DNA from: Octopus sinensis
Lineage: Eukaryota
Length of the DNA: 15,861 nucleotides
Assembly (NCBI RefSeq): GCF_006345805.1
Contig: NW_021825455.1
Coordinates: 1 to 15,861 of the forward strand
Reading direction: 5' to 3'
The notes below the pieces were generated by a model, which was not told where the DNA came from, searched no databases, and saw only the letters and a program-made list of their open reading frames with translations. This document shows positions 1-8,409 of the stretch, piece by piece. The number at the start of each line of letters is the position of its first letter. The stretch's first letter is position 1. Made by a program: the position numbers and the translations under genes.

Positions 1-257
1 GTATGTATATACATGTATATAAATGTTTATAAGCGGTGGAGTTATTGTAAAACCATAACAAGTCATTGTATGCAATAAAGAGAAGTGAAGTGTTGGCCTT
101 CATCCCTCCCTCCTCTCCCTCCCTCCCCTCCCATCTCCTCCCTCTCACCTCTTTATTTGTTTTCTTTTCCATATTTCTCGGTTATCAGAGACTTTCATTG
201 AGAGTGGGTGTCTTCACACATTCTCGTACATATCCGTCTTATTTACTGCATATATAT

Positions 258-260
<3 letters not shown>

Positions 261-293
<33 letters not shown>

Positions 294-501
294 GCACATA
301 TACACACACACATATATATATTTATGTATATAAATGTATGTATGTATATAAAAACATACATAGATACACCAATACATTTATATTTACATATAATAGATTG
401 AAGACATCAATATCATTGTATGTATGTATGTATGTATGTATGTTTGTATGTAATGTATGTATGTATGTATGTATGTATGTATGTATGTATGTATGTATGT
501 A
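261..501. repeat. Compound microsatellite: (CA)15 at 261-290, (TATG)n at 417-501
   Basis: Tandem units read directly. Confidence 0.95.
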
Positions 502-609
502 TATTATAATTGGTATGATTATCTGTGCGTGTAGTTGTAAGTGGGTGTATAGGTGGATGGTTTTTATATATCCTATTATCTGTATGAAAACTTACGGTTA
601 ACTTACTGT

Positions 610-610
<1 letters not shown>

Positions 611-646
<36 letters not shown>

Positions 647-719
647 TAGATATAATATATATATATTATATATTATATATATATATATGTATATGTATAG
701 ATATAATATTATATTATGA

Positions 720-765
<46 letters not shown>

Positions 766-868
766 GTATATATATATAGTATATATATATTATATATAAT
801 ATATAGATATCCACCACACACACACACACACACACCACACACACATATATATATATATTATATATATA
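611..868. repeat. Degenerate (TA)n with an internal (CA)n
   Basis: Tandem units read directly. Confidence 0.95.
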
Positions 869-1004
869 TGCTTTTAGATTCTTTACATGTTTGTTTATAC
901 GTAAACGAGTGTTTTAATTATCGCTAATTCAACCGATGAATCTGTGCACAAAAGTACGTGGTGTACATATATCAATCGCTAAAAATTGTTTGAGTCATTC
1001 ATAC

Positions 1005-1053
1005 CACCTTTTTTGTTCGGGCGCCAAATGACAGGAAATGGTCTCTTCGCCAT
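1005..1053 (-). CDS. Possible first coding exon of a minus-strand host gene (MAKRPFPVIWRPNKKG...)
   Basis: Minus strand reads AAC-ATG-GCG at 1053, stays open to a G|GTATGA donor-like site at 1004, and has a CCAAT motif and a CpG-rich tract just upstream. No homology recognised. Confidence 0.25.
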
Positions 1054-1411
1054 GTTACCCTCCATTACACCGGCCGCCGTCTCTCAGTCTCTCATTGGTA
1101 CACCAACATCAGCTTGTGTCGAAATATTCCCGATGTATTACCACCCAGATACAATATCAACAGATTTTTTTGATAATTTGAAACCTAAGAAGACCTCGTA
1201 GGCGATGTAAGACCTACAAGAAATTTTGATATTACACAATAAAGCTCGGTTTCATCCTCATTAAAATATAATTTAGAGTGATATTTACCCTCGTTTATTA
1301 AGCGTTTATTGTCAAAAGTCTGTTCTCCGCCACTACAACATCACAAGACATTTTACATTGTTCTTATAAGAATCGGTTTTTAAACCGATGAAATCCCTCT
1401 TTCCTGACCGC

Positions 1412-1600
1412 AGCCATTTTGTTAACAATCTGCTTGAGACCGCGCTTGGTCCTATGATATAAACTTTTTATTTTAAAGTAATCTAAATTAAAGCCTTCCA
1501 TTAAGGTTTCATGTTAATTTATGTTCCAAACAACAGTTTAATAACGACAAAGGTATTTTTATTAAATTCATCCTTATTTTCAAAATTGATTTTAACTAAG
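1412..1600 (+). mobile_element. Decayed non-autonomous DNA element fragment, same family as 15632-15760 (piggyBac-like MITE)
   Basis: 1476-1549 aligns by eye with 15682-15744 (aagt.atctaaa.taaa.ccttcca ... tgttccaaaca.cag.ttaataacgaca). Confidence 0.6.
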
Positions 1601-1724
1601 TGTAATTTTCTGAACTTGCCCAAAGCGCATATGAAATACTGTTGGGATAGTCCCAAGTATTTGTTCATTAGAATACTACTGGGACATTTTTGTCTCACGT
1701 TCACGTAAGGTTTAGATTTTAATT

Positions 1725-2267
1725 ATGGTAGATAATGAAGGTCTAAACGGTTGCCCACCGATGGATCCTAAGGTGACGGGAGAGGAGGAGGGACCTCTGG
1801 ACATGTCGGAGGAACTCCACCCTCCAGTCGCAAAAGGGAAAAAGAAAAAGAAAAAAAAGAAAAACGGGGCATTGCCGGCGACGGCATGTCCCGAAACCCC
1901 TTCGGTGGGATGTGTGCCACCGGAGGGGAAGAAGAAGGAAACCTTGTCGGTGTGATGTGTGCCACCGAGCGAGGTAGTTGAGGTCCCTCTCAATGAAAGT
2001 GATGAGGAATTTGTATACCTCTATCGCAGGGGAGGGGCTATTGAGGAGTATGGGGAGAATAATCTTGATAGTAGGGTTCTGATGGACCCGATATTTATTG
2101 ACAGTCCAGTGTGGCCTTCGCAGGTAGCTGCACTGGTACTGGAAAGAAAAAATTTTTTCCACAGTTCAAGATCCTTCCCAAAGGAGGACTACAGATTATT
2201 TTGTTTTGGCCCCGATTGGTGGTTGCAGGAATACCTGCAGGTCGCAAAAGAGTTAATTGGGAAATAA
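1725..2267 (+). pseudogene. Orphan 180-codon reading frame with one internal TGA (1953-1955); Lys-run and acidic N-terminus, globular-looking C-terminus; possible endogenous viral or retroelement accessory gene
   Basis: Track ORFs 1725-1955 and 1959-2267 share a frame. The TGA aligns to GGA (1908-1910) in a 45-nt duplication. The segment is GC-richer than its flanks and non-repetitive. Confidence 0.55.
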
Positions 2268-2561
2268 TGTAAGAGGTTTATCGCCTCCATATGTATGTGT
2301 ATAAATTTTGTTTCCTTTGTGATGGACTTCTAGTCCAATTTTTTGTATATATTTGTAAGAGGTTTAATACCTCTATATATCTTATATATAACGAATAATG
2401 TTTTAGAGAAGCAGAGGGTCGGCGGGCGCTTTCTGTCTTCTCCCATCTTTACCATCTTGTATTATTATCATTCGCCTCATTAATGTCTTGTCCAGCCCGC
2501 AAAGCTACCCATCCTTGTACTGCCTTTGTGGCAAATGTTATAAAATAAAATATAAAATAAA
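2268..2561 (+). other. LTR-like or 3'-UTR-like segment: starts TGTAAG right after the stop, has a TATATATAA tract and two AATAAA (2544-2549, 2556-2561)
   Basis: Motifs read directly; no second LTR copy in the window. Confidence 0.35.
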
Positions 2562-2702
2562 GTAGCTTGCTTACCAGCCACATGGTTCCGGGTTCAATTC
2601 CACTGCGTGGCACTTTGGGTAAGTGTCTTCTGCTATAGCCTCAGGCCGACCAAAGCTTTGTGAGTGAATTTGGTAGACAGAAACTGAAAGAAGCCCGTCA
2701 TA
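2562..2702 (+). mobile_element. tRNA-derived SINE (CORE-like family A), 5'-truncated head
   Basis: GGTTCCGGGTTCAATTCC B-box region and ctttgggtaagtgtc core; homologous to 12593-12750, 5579-5746 and 8133-8296. Confidence 0.85.
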
Positions 2703-3134
2703 TGTGAACGCTACATTATCTGTATGATGTGGAAAATATTCCATCAGCACTGTCCGAATGATGTTGGCATCACCTTCAAAATGCATCCAAGGCTTGGACC
2801 ACGTTCCATCTGTCCACAACAAAAATCTAAATCGCATCACATAACGACAATACGGCACAACTATTTCACCTCAATTGGACCCGCTCTTCAACATTACACC
2901 AGGACACGTCAAAAAGAAAACTGACCACACAAAATTCAAGAAGTCTTTGACAAATTCCTTCAAACAGTACCGGACAAACCACCACACCGGATATGTCTCT
3001 GCAAACAATAACTCTCTGCTTGAATGGGCCTTGGTGCCCAAATCCTGAACTGAAAGACTTCGCCAGGTGGTGCTATTAAGTTAGACATGACCTGGGCCAA
3101 TACTGGCCAAAACCTTTCTAAGTTATTCTAAGTT
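2703..3134 (+). mobile_element. 5'-truncated CR1/L2-group LINE 3' end (post-RT C-terminus, frameshifted) inserted in the SINE
   Basis: Stitching three small indels gives CERYIICMMWKIF...PND...HPRLGPR...IRHNYFTSIGPALFNITP...FKKSLDKFLQTVPDKPP.GYVSANNNSLLEWA, stop at 3046-3048. This is the typical GP.LFN / LD.FL..VPD.P..GY..NSL tail, followed by a 3' hairpin and a (TCTAAGTTA)2 tail. Confidence 0.75.
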
Positions 3135-3327
3135 ATATGTATGTGTATGTATATGTTTGTGTGCCTGTGTTTGCCCCCCCCAAACATTGCGGTTCGGCAA
3201 AAGAGAACGATGGAATAAATACTGGGCTTACAAAGAATAAGTCCTGGGTCGATTAGCTCGACTATAGACAGTGCTCCAGCATAGCCGCAGTCAAATGACT
3301 GAAACAAATAAAAGAATAAAAGAATAT
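3135..3327 (+). mobile_element. 3' half of SINE family A (continuation of 2562-2702)
   Basis: tgtttgtgtg.ctgtgtttg start matches 12889-12926; ends in a hairpin plus AAAC and an (AATAAAAG)-type tail. Confidence 0.75.
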
Positions 3328-3629
3328 ATATTTATATATATGTATATATGTGTATGAATGAATGTGTGTATGTTTTTATGAAAAATAGTGAGAAAGGGTT
3401 CGTAAGGAGTTACATTTGATATATATTTTTGGTTAAAATAAAAGAATTTTCGTTTCTTTTAACATAAGGTATAAACAGTATTTTCCATGTATTTATATAT
3501 GCGAAAGTAAAAATACAACAATATGTTTTCTCACAACAAATGTTTCCGTAAAAGAGTTTTTGCTGAGAGCATATTAGTATATTTTTTCACAAGGACAGTT
3601 TTACGTATACAATACTACACAGAACCGTA

Positions 3630-3720
3630 TTTGTTCTGTGCTCCGAGTTCGAATTCTACCGAGGTAAATAAAACTTACTTTTTCATAGTTTCGGTGTCAA
3701 AATAACCAACCCCACCCCAA
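3630..3720 (+). mobile_element. Decayed SINE family B fragment
   Basis: gagttcgaattctaccgaggt resembles 9766-9786. Confidence 0.55.
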
Positions 3721-3734
3721 AAATGATGGCGGTG

Positions 3735-4014
3735 GACTGACTGGTGGAGCAAACAGAAATTGGTTTTTATTCCTTCTTTTGGTGCACTGATTCAAGCCCC
3801 ACCATAGCCTATTTGAGTGCTCGACTTAAGACAACACCCGGTCTGACACCATCATCCAGTAGGTTGGGTGCCTTTAGCCGAAACCATTCCGTTGTTCTGT
3901 TGTTCGAGTGTATCGCCGCTTCTCACTCCTGCTGGCATCCCCTTCCTTTGCTCCCGTCAGACTCGGAGGCCTCGTAAAGGATCATGGCCGTTCCCTTTTT
4001 TTTTTTTTTTTTTT
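3735..4014. other. Unclassified GC-balanced island ending in a T-run (3996-4014)
   Basis: Composition contrast with flanks; several inverted repeats; no convincing ORF. Confidence 0.4.
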
Positions 4015-4159
4015 ACTGCTGTGTGGTTTTAATTAGGAATATCATTTGTTCGCCACAAGAATCATGCATGACTTTGTAAAGCTAAATATGAGATATGAAA
4101 TGAAATATGTATCAAAAGGAACGTAAAAATATCACACAAAAACCTCAACGCATAGTAAA

Positions 4160-4344
4160 GACACACACACACAACAGAGACTCACATATATATATACATA
4201 TGTATATATACACACATGCATAATATCCAAATACACACACACATACACATATATATATATATATATATATGCACTTATCTATATATCTATCTGTATACAT
4301 ACACATGTATATGCACATAACATATGTGTGTATATGTGTGTGTC

Positions 4345-4416
<72 letters not shown>

Positions 4417-4417
4417 C

Positions 4418-4462
<45 letters not shown>

Positions 4463-4467
4463 ATATA

Positions 4468-4498
<31 letters not shown>

Positions 4499-4545
4499 AC
4501 ACACATACGTACTCACACACACACACACACACATATATATATCAT
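4160..4545. repeat. Compound microsatellite (CA)/(TA)/(TCTA)n/(TC)n/(TA)n/(TG)n/(CA)n
   Basis: Tandem units read directly. Confidence 0.95.
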
Positions 4546-5578
4546 ATATATTAAGTCGTATTAGTGAAAATGCGACAAGACTGAGCTATATAAAGTTACA
4601 CGCATTTCCCCGTCCCCTCAAAAAAAAAAAATTTTTTTTTTCATTTCTTTATTTGAAGTCAGTCTTTCAGTAATTCAAATTGAATCCAAAAAAGTGAACG
4701 AATGTGAGAGATGACAAGTTGGAACTGCATAAATTTGATCTCTATTTTATAAAACACACCCTACCAATTAGCCGGTTCCTTCTTTTATTCTGTTTCTTAG
4801 TTCTTTACATCGCAAGTAACACTTGTAGGTAGGGTAACAGTTTCAAAGAGTTAAGTTAGAATATGGTCGAAATAAAATATTAGGTTTCTCTTCCCGCCAC
4901 ATTCTACTATATTGCAACGTATTCTTTACGATTTTACAGAGTGCGACAGAAAAAATGCCTCCCATATTTTACTACGTACGCTATTGTTATGGCCCTAATA
5001 AAGTGAAACAGATAGTTAACAGTATTTTCATGGGTTCTATCGCTATATAAAGTTACACACGAATAGTCTAGCGTTTTTTCAGCTTGTTTACTACCATGGT
5101 TTGTGTTGGTCTACGTTGGGTTATTGCTGTTGGAACGTTTGTCAACCTGGAAAATATGGGAAGTATTTTTGCCGCGCTCTTTATAGTAATTTCATTGACA
5201 TCTCGGCTGTTTTAAACCAGGAACAGCCTAACTTGCATAATGTAACAGCTAAACACGATAAACTCCAGATGTTTTTGAAAGCCAAAAGTCACGAACGAAA
5301 CTTGCGTTTTTTTTTTATATTGTTATGCGTATGTGTCTTGTTCAAAAAATTCTTATGGTATTATTGAAAAATTCATTTCTGCAACGATGTTTATTCATGC
5401 GTGTAGTTTGTTTAAAATGCTAAGTGTTTTATATTACTCTCAGTAATCCCAAAGTGCACAAATACATCTCAAATAGTTTTAAAAATAATCTTGACTGATG
5501 ATTGTGTTAAACCTCGTGAGCGCATTTCAAATAAAACTGAACCAGCGACAGGAAATATCGAATGAAAGTTGTTTTTAA

Positions 5579-5746
5579 GAACAGGCATGGCTTTAGGGTT
5601 AAATACTTGGCTTCTCAAACGCATAACTACGGGTTCAGACCCACTCCATGGCACTTTTGGCGAATGTATTCCATTCCATTTTCAAACCTACCGAAATCTT
5701 GTGAGTGGATTTGGTAGACGGAAACTAAAGCAAGAGTGTCGTATAC
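5579..5746 (+). mobile_element. SINE family A head, diverged
   Basis: cttgtgagtggatttggtagacggaaact matches the other copies. Confidence 0.8.
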
Positions 5747-5844
5747 ATACATAGTGCAAAGGTTCGAGAAAAATGTTCTACGTGGTGAACTGTAGTGAAA
5801 AAAATATAAAAAGAAGGAAAATGCACAGAAATTTTATGTTATGC

Positions 5845-6061
5845 ATATATATATACATATAATACATACATATATATATATATATAATTATATATATATA
5901 TATAGATATATACATATATATAATATATATAATTATATATATATATATGTATATGTATAATATATATATAATATATATATACATAATATATATATATATA
6001 TATATATATATTATACATATACATATATATATATATATATATTATATATTATTATATATAG

Positions 6062-6140
<79 letters not shown>

Positions 6141-6270
6141 ATATATTATATATATATATATATATGGCCACAGCTCATGAGCTGAAACTAGAATCAAGAA
6201 TCAAGAATCAAAGATATATATATATTATATATATATATATATATATAATATATATATATATATTATATAT
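5845..6270. repeat. Long degenerate (TA)n
   Basis: Tandem units read directly. Confidence 0.95.
6166..6211 (+). mobile_element. About 46-bp retroposon 3' stub (hairpin + AAAC + (GAATCAA)3) inside (TA)n
   Basis: ggccacagctcatgagctgaaac parallels the SINE end agccgcagtcaaatgactgaaac at 3283-3305. Confidence 0.6.
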
Positions 6271-6319
6271 AGAGGCTATATATAAATTAAATGTTCAATA
6301 AGAAATAATTATTTCGAAA

Positions 6320-6455
6320 TTTTCTCTTATGAGGTTTTACGCTATCTACCTGACAATTTCTTGTTAAGTTTTCCTTATTAAGTAGTTGTCCTTAATTGCT
6401 AAATATATATATATATAATATATATATTATATATATATATATATATTATATATAT

Positions 6456-6497
<42 letters not shown>

Positions 6498-6561
6498 AAA
6501 AGGATAAAATCTTTATAAGAATTTATCAATTAGTTAGCGTGAAAAACCTCATAAGAGAAAA
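6320..6561. repeat. Imperfect inverted repeat: arms about 6320-6380 and 6497-6561, enclosing (TA)n
   Basis: ttttctcttatgaggtttt.acgcta versus tagcgtgaaaaacctcataagagaaaa, with further degenerate pairing inward. Confidence 0.85.
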
Positions 6562-6654
6562 ACCCATCAATTTTTCTCTTAAATAATTTTGACTTTAAGA
6601 GTCCCTCCTAGCGTCTGGCATTTATGTATAGTAATGCCCTCAATATATATATAT

Positions 6655-6689
<35 letters not shown>

Positions 6690-6714
6690 TTGTGAAATAA
6701 TATATGTATGTATG

Positions 6715-6965
6715 TGTGTGTATGTGTGTTTGTGCATTGTATCTTCTTGACATCACGTAGTAGTCGTAAACGCGTGCCATCGTCATATAAGCGTTTTCAT
6801 TTGTTTCCAAACTTCTCTGAAAACATGTCTGGCCATGAGGAAATATTGCCTCTCTTCAAAACAGGTGATGGTTGGCGATAGGGGGCATCTGGCCGTAGAA
6901 AAAATTCGCCGCAACAAATTCCGTCTGATTCATGCAAGCATTGAAAACTCAAATGGTGATAATGA
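6715..6965 (+). mobile_element. SINE 3' half (alternative tail type), probably belonging to the head at 5579-5746
   Basis: Follows (TG)n; ggttggcgatagggggcatctggccgtagaaa...catgcaagc tail recalled from octopus SINEs; linkage to the head is inferred. Confidence 0.55.
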
Positions 6966-7170
6966 AGTAACATAACATCAGACTGACGAAGAAATAAAAG
7001 AAAAAATTCTCCTCCATCCTACCCTACCCTAGATATTTTAAATATGTATTTTAGTAAACATCTACTGTAAACATAATAGAAAATAGGTAAAAAAAACCCA
7101 AAAAACAAACAAAAACAACCAAGCAAACAAACGGACAAACCAATAAAATTAAAGAGATTTTGATCAGATG

Positions 7171-7230
7171 CAGCCGTCCCTCAATTTACACGGGACTCGG
7201 TTAGCACGGTTTTGTTCGATTTAAGTTCTT
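7171..7230 (+). mobile_element. Possible pogo/Tigger-like terminal inverted repeat fragment
   Basis: CAGCCGTCCCTCAATTTACACGGG resembles Tigger-type ends; no partner end found. Confidence 0.3.
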
Positions 7231-7353
7231 TTTATTACTTCGCGTATATAAAACACCCCTTCACCGTTTCTGTTTGATTTTTGAATTTAAAAAAAAATTC
7301 TACTTTCATTTCATCTCTTAATTAATAAGATAGAAATATTCCACGTTCTAAGA

Positions 7354-7481
7354 CAGTGATTCTCAACAGGGATCCATAAGGCCCTTGGAAGTCCATGTAA
7401 GATTTTGTCGTTAAAATTCATCTGCAATAAAATGCTTTTTCGTCTACAATACACAAAATATTAGTACAATTTTTATTCAGT
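7354..7481 (+). mobile_element. hAT (Charlie-like) element left end, truncated
   Basis: CAGTGATTCTCAAC terminus preceded by the 8-mer TTCTAAGA, close to the nTCTAGAn hAT target preference; right end absent. Confidence 0.55.
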
Positions 7482-8010
7482 TCCTAATATATATATATAT
7501 AAAGCTGAAGTTGTCTGTGTGTGTGTGTGTGTGGCAGGTTTGGTAGCCTTCAACTAACACTATCTCCTCCGAGACCCTGCGGCGCAAATTGACCAAAATT
7601 GAAAGTATGATAGAAGAAGGCTTGCTCTTCATTCCGTAGAAGATAAAATTAAAATCGGACCATGTTAAGGCCCAAAATTATTTACATCAAAAAGTGCATT
7701 TTTTCTATGAAAATCCCTATTTTTTACGATTTTCTGACTGCTGTGTTGCCATTTTTCGGTGTATTTCAACCACAAAAATGTTCACTTAAAGAGAATAACT
7801 AGCTAGCTCTCTCTCTCTCTCTCTTTCTCCTCCATTCTCTATATTTCACCCACTCTCTATTATTTTCACTTTAAGTTCAATTGCTATTGTTTTCACTGTA
7901 AGTTTTCAATCGCTATTTACAAACAACAACGACAAATTACTGACAAAAAAGTTCGCAATTACTGATGAAAGTAATTTCATACATAATTTACCGCCGGGTA
8001 TTTCTGCTAG
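7482..8010 (+). mobile_element. Non-autonomous Helitron
   Basis: 5' TC-CTAATATATA...ATAAAGCTGAAG plus (TG)n, as in Lep1-type Helitrons; 3' ...ACCGCCGGGTA-TTTCTG-CTAG followed by T; hairpin reduced to 4 bp. Confidence 0.7.
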
Positions 8011-8046
<36 letters not shown>

Positions 8047-8132
8047 TGTATGTATGTATGTATGTATGTATGTATGTATACATACATACATGTATACATA
8101 CATACATACATACATACACATATATATATATA
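8011..8132. repeat. (TATG)n followed by (CATA)n
   Basis: Tandem units read directly. Confidence 0.95.
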
Positions 8133-8296
8133 TACGACGGGCAACTTTCAGTTTCCTTCTATCAGATCCATTCACACGGTTTTGGTTGACCTGAGGCTAT
8201 AGTAAAAGACACTCACCCAATGTGCCACACAATGGGACTGAACCCCGAACCAGGTGTTTGAGAAGCAAACATCTTATTATACAGCTATGCTTGCCC
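8133..8296 (-). mobile_element. SINE family A head, minus strand
   Basis: Reverse complement of 12593-12750 (gggactgaacc, gaggctatagta, cagtttcc). Confidence 0.85.
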
Positions 8297-8409
8297 TTAC
8301 CCACACAGATGCACACACACACGCGCGCACACACACAGCGCCAATCACATTAATTGCGTCACGTTGACTTTTCTGGTAGGTGTATGCTATTGTACATGCA
8401 GTATACTCG

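Noticed and set aside
66-927. Track ORFs rich in YI/HT/MYVC repeats; the same applies to 4269-4673, 5778-6024, 7906-8189, 12222-12973 and 13543-13752
   Set aside because: These are translations of (TA)n, (CA)n, (TATG)n and (TCTA)n, which lack stops by construction.
1410-1424. AACAAAATGGCTGCGG on the minus strand: YY1/Kozak-like start (MAAVRKEGFHRFKNRFL*)
   Set aside because: The ORF is only 17 codons, and the motif overlaps what aligns to the decayed MITE terminus (compare 15632-15650).
1953-1955. TGA as selenocysteine next to Cys
   Set aside because: No AUGA-type SECIS stem is visible in 2268-2561, and the paralogous codon is Gly, not Cys.
1712-2162. Minus-strand ORFs overlapping the orphan gene
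   Set aside because: They are antisense shadows (poly-Phe from the Lys run) with no independent signal.
5101-5367. 88-aa ORF starting TTG
   Set aside because: Non-ATG start, no recognisable motif and no convincing splice pair.
7957-7974. CTGATGA inside ATTACT-gatgaa-AGTAAT as a hammerhead core
   Set aside because: No stem II/GAAA/cleavage-triplet arrangement; it is a simple hairpin within the Helitron.
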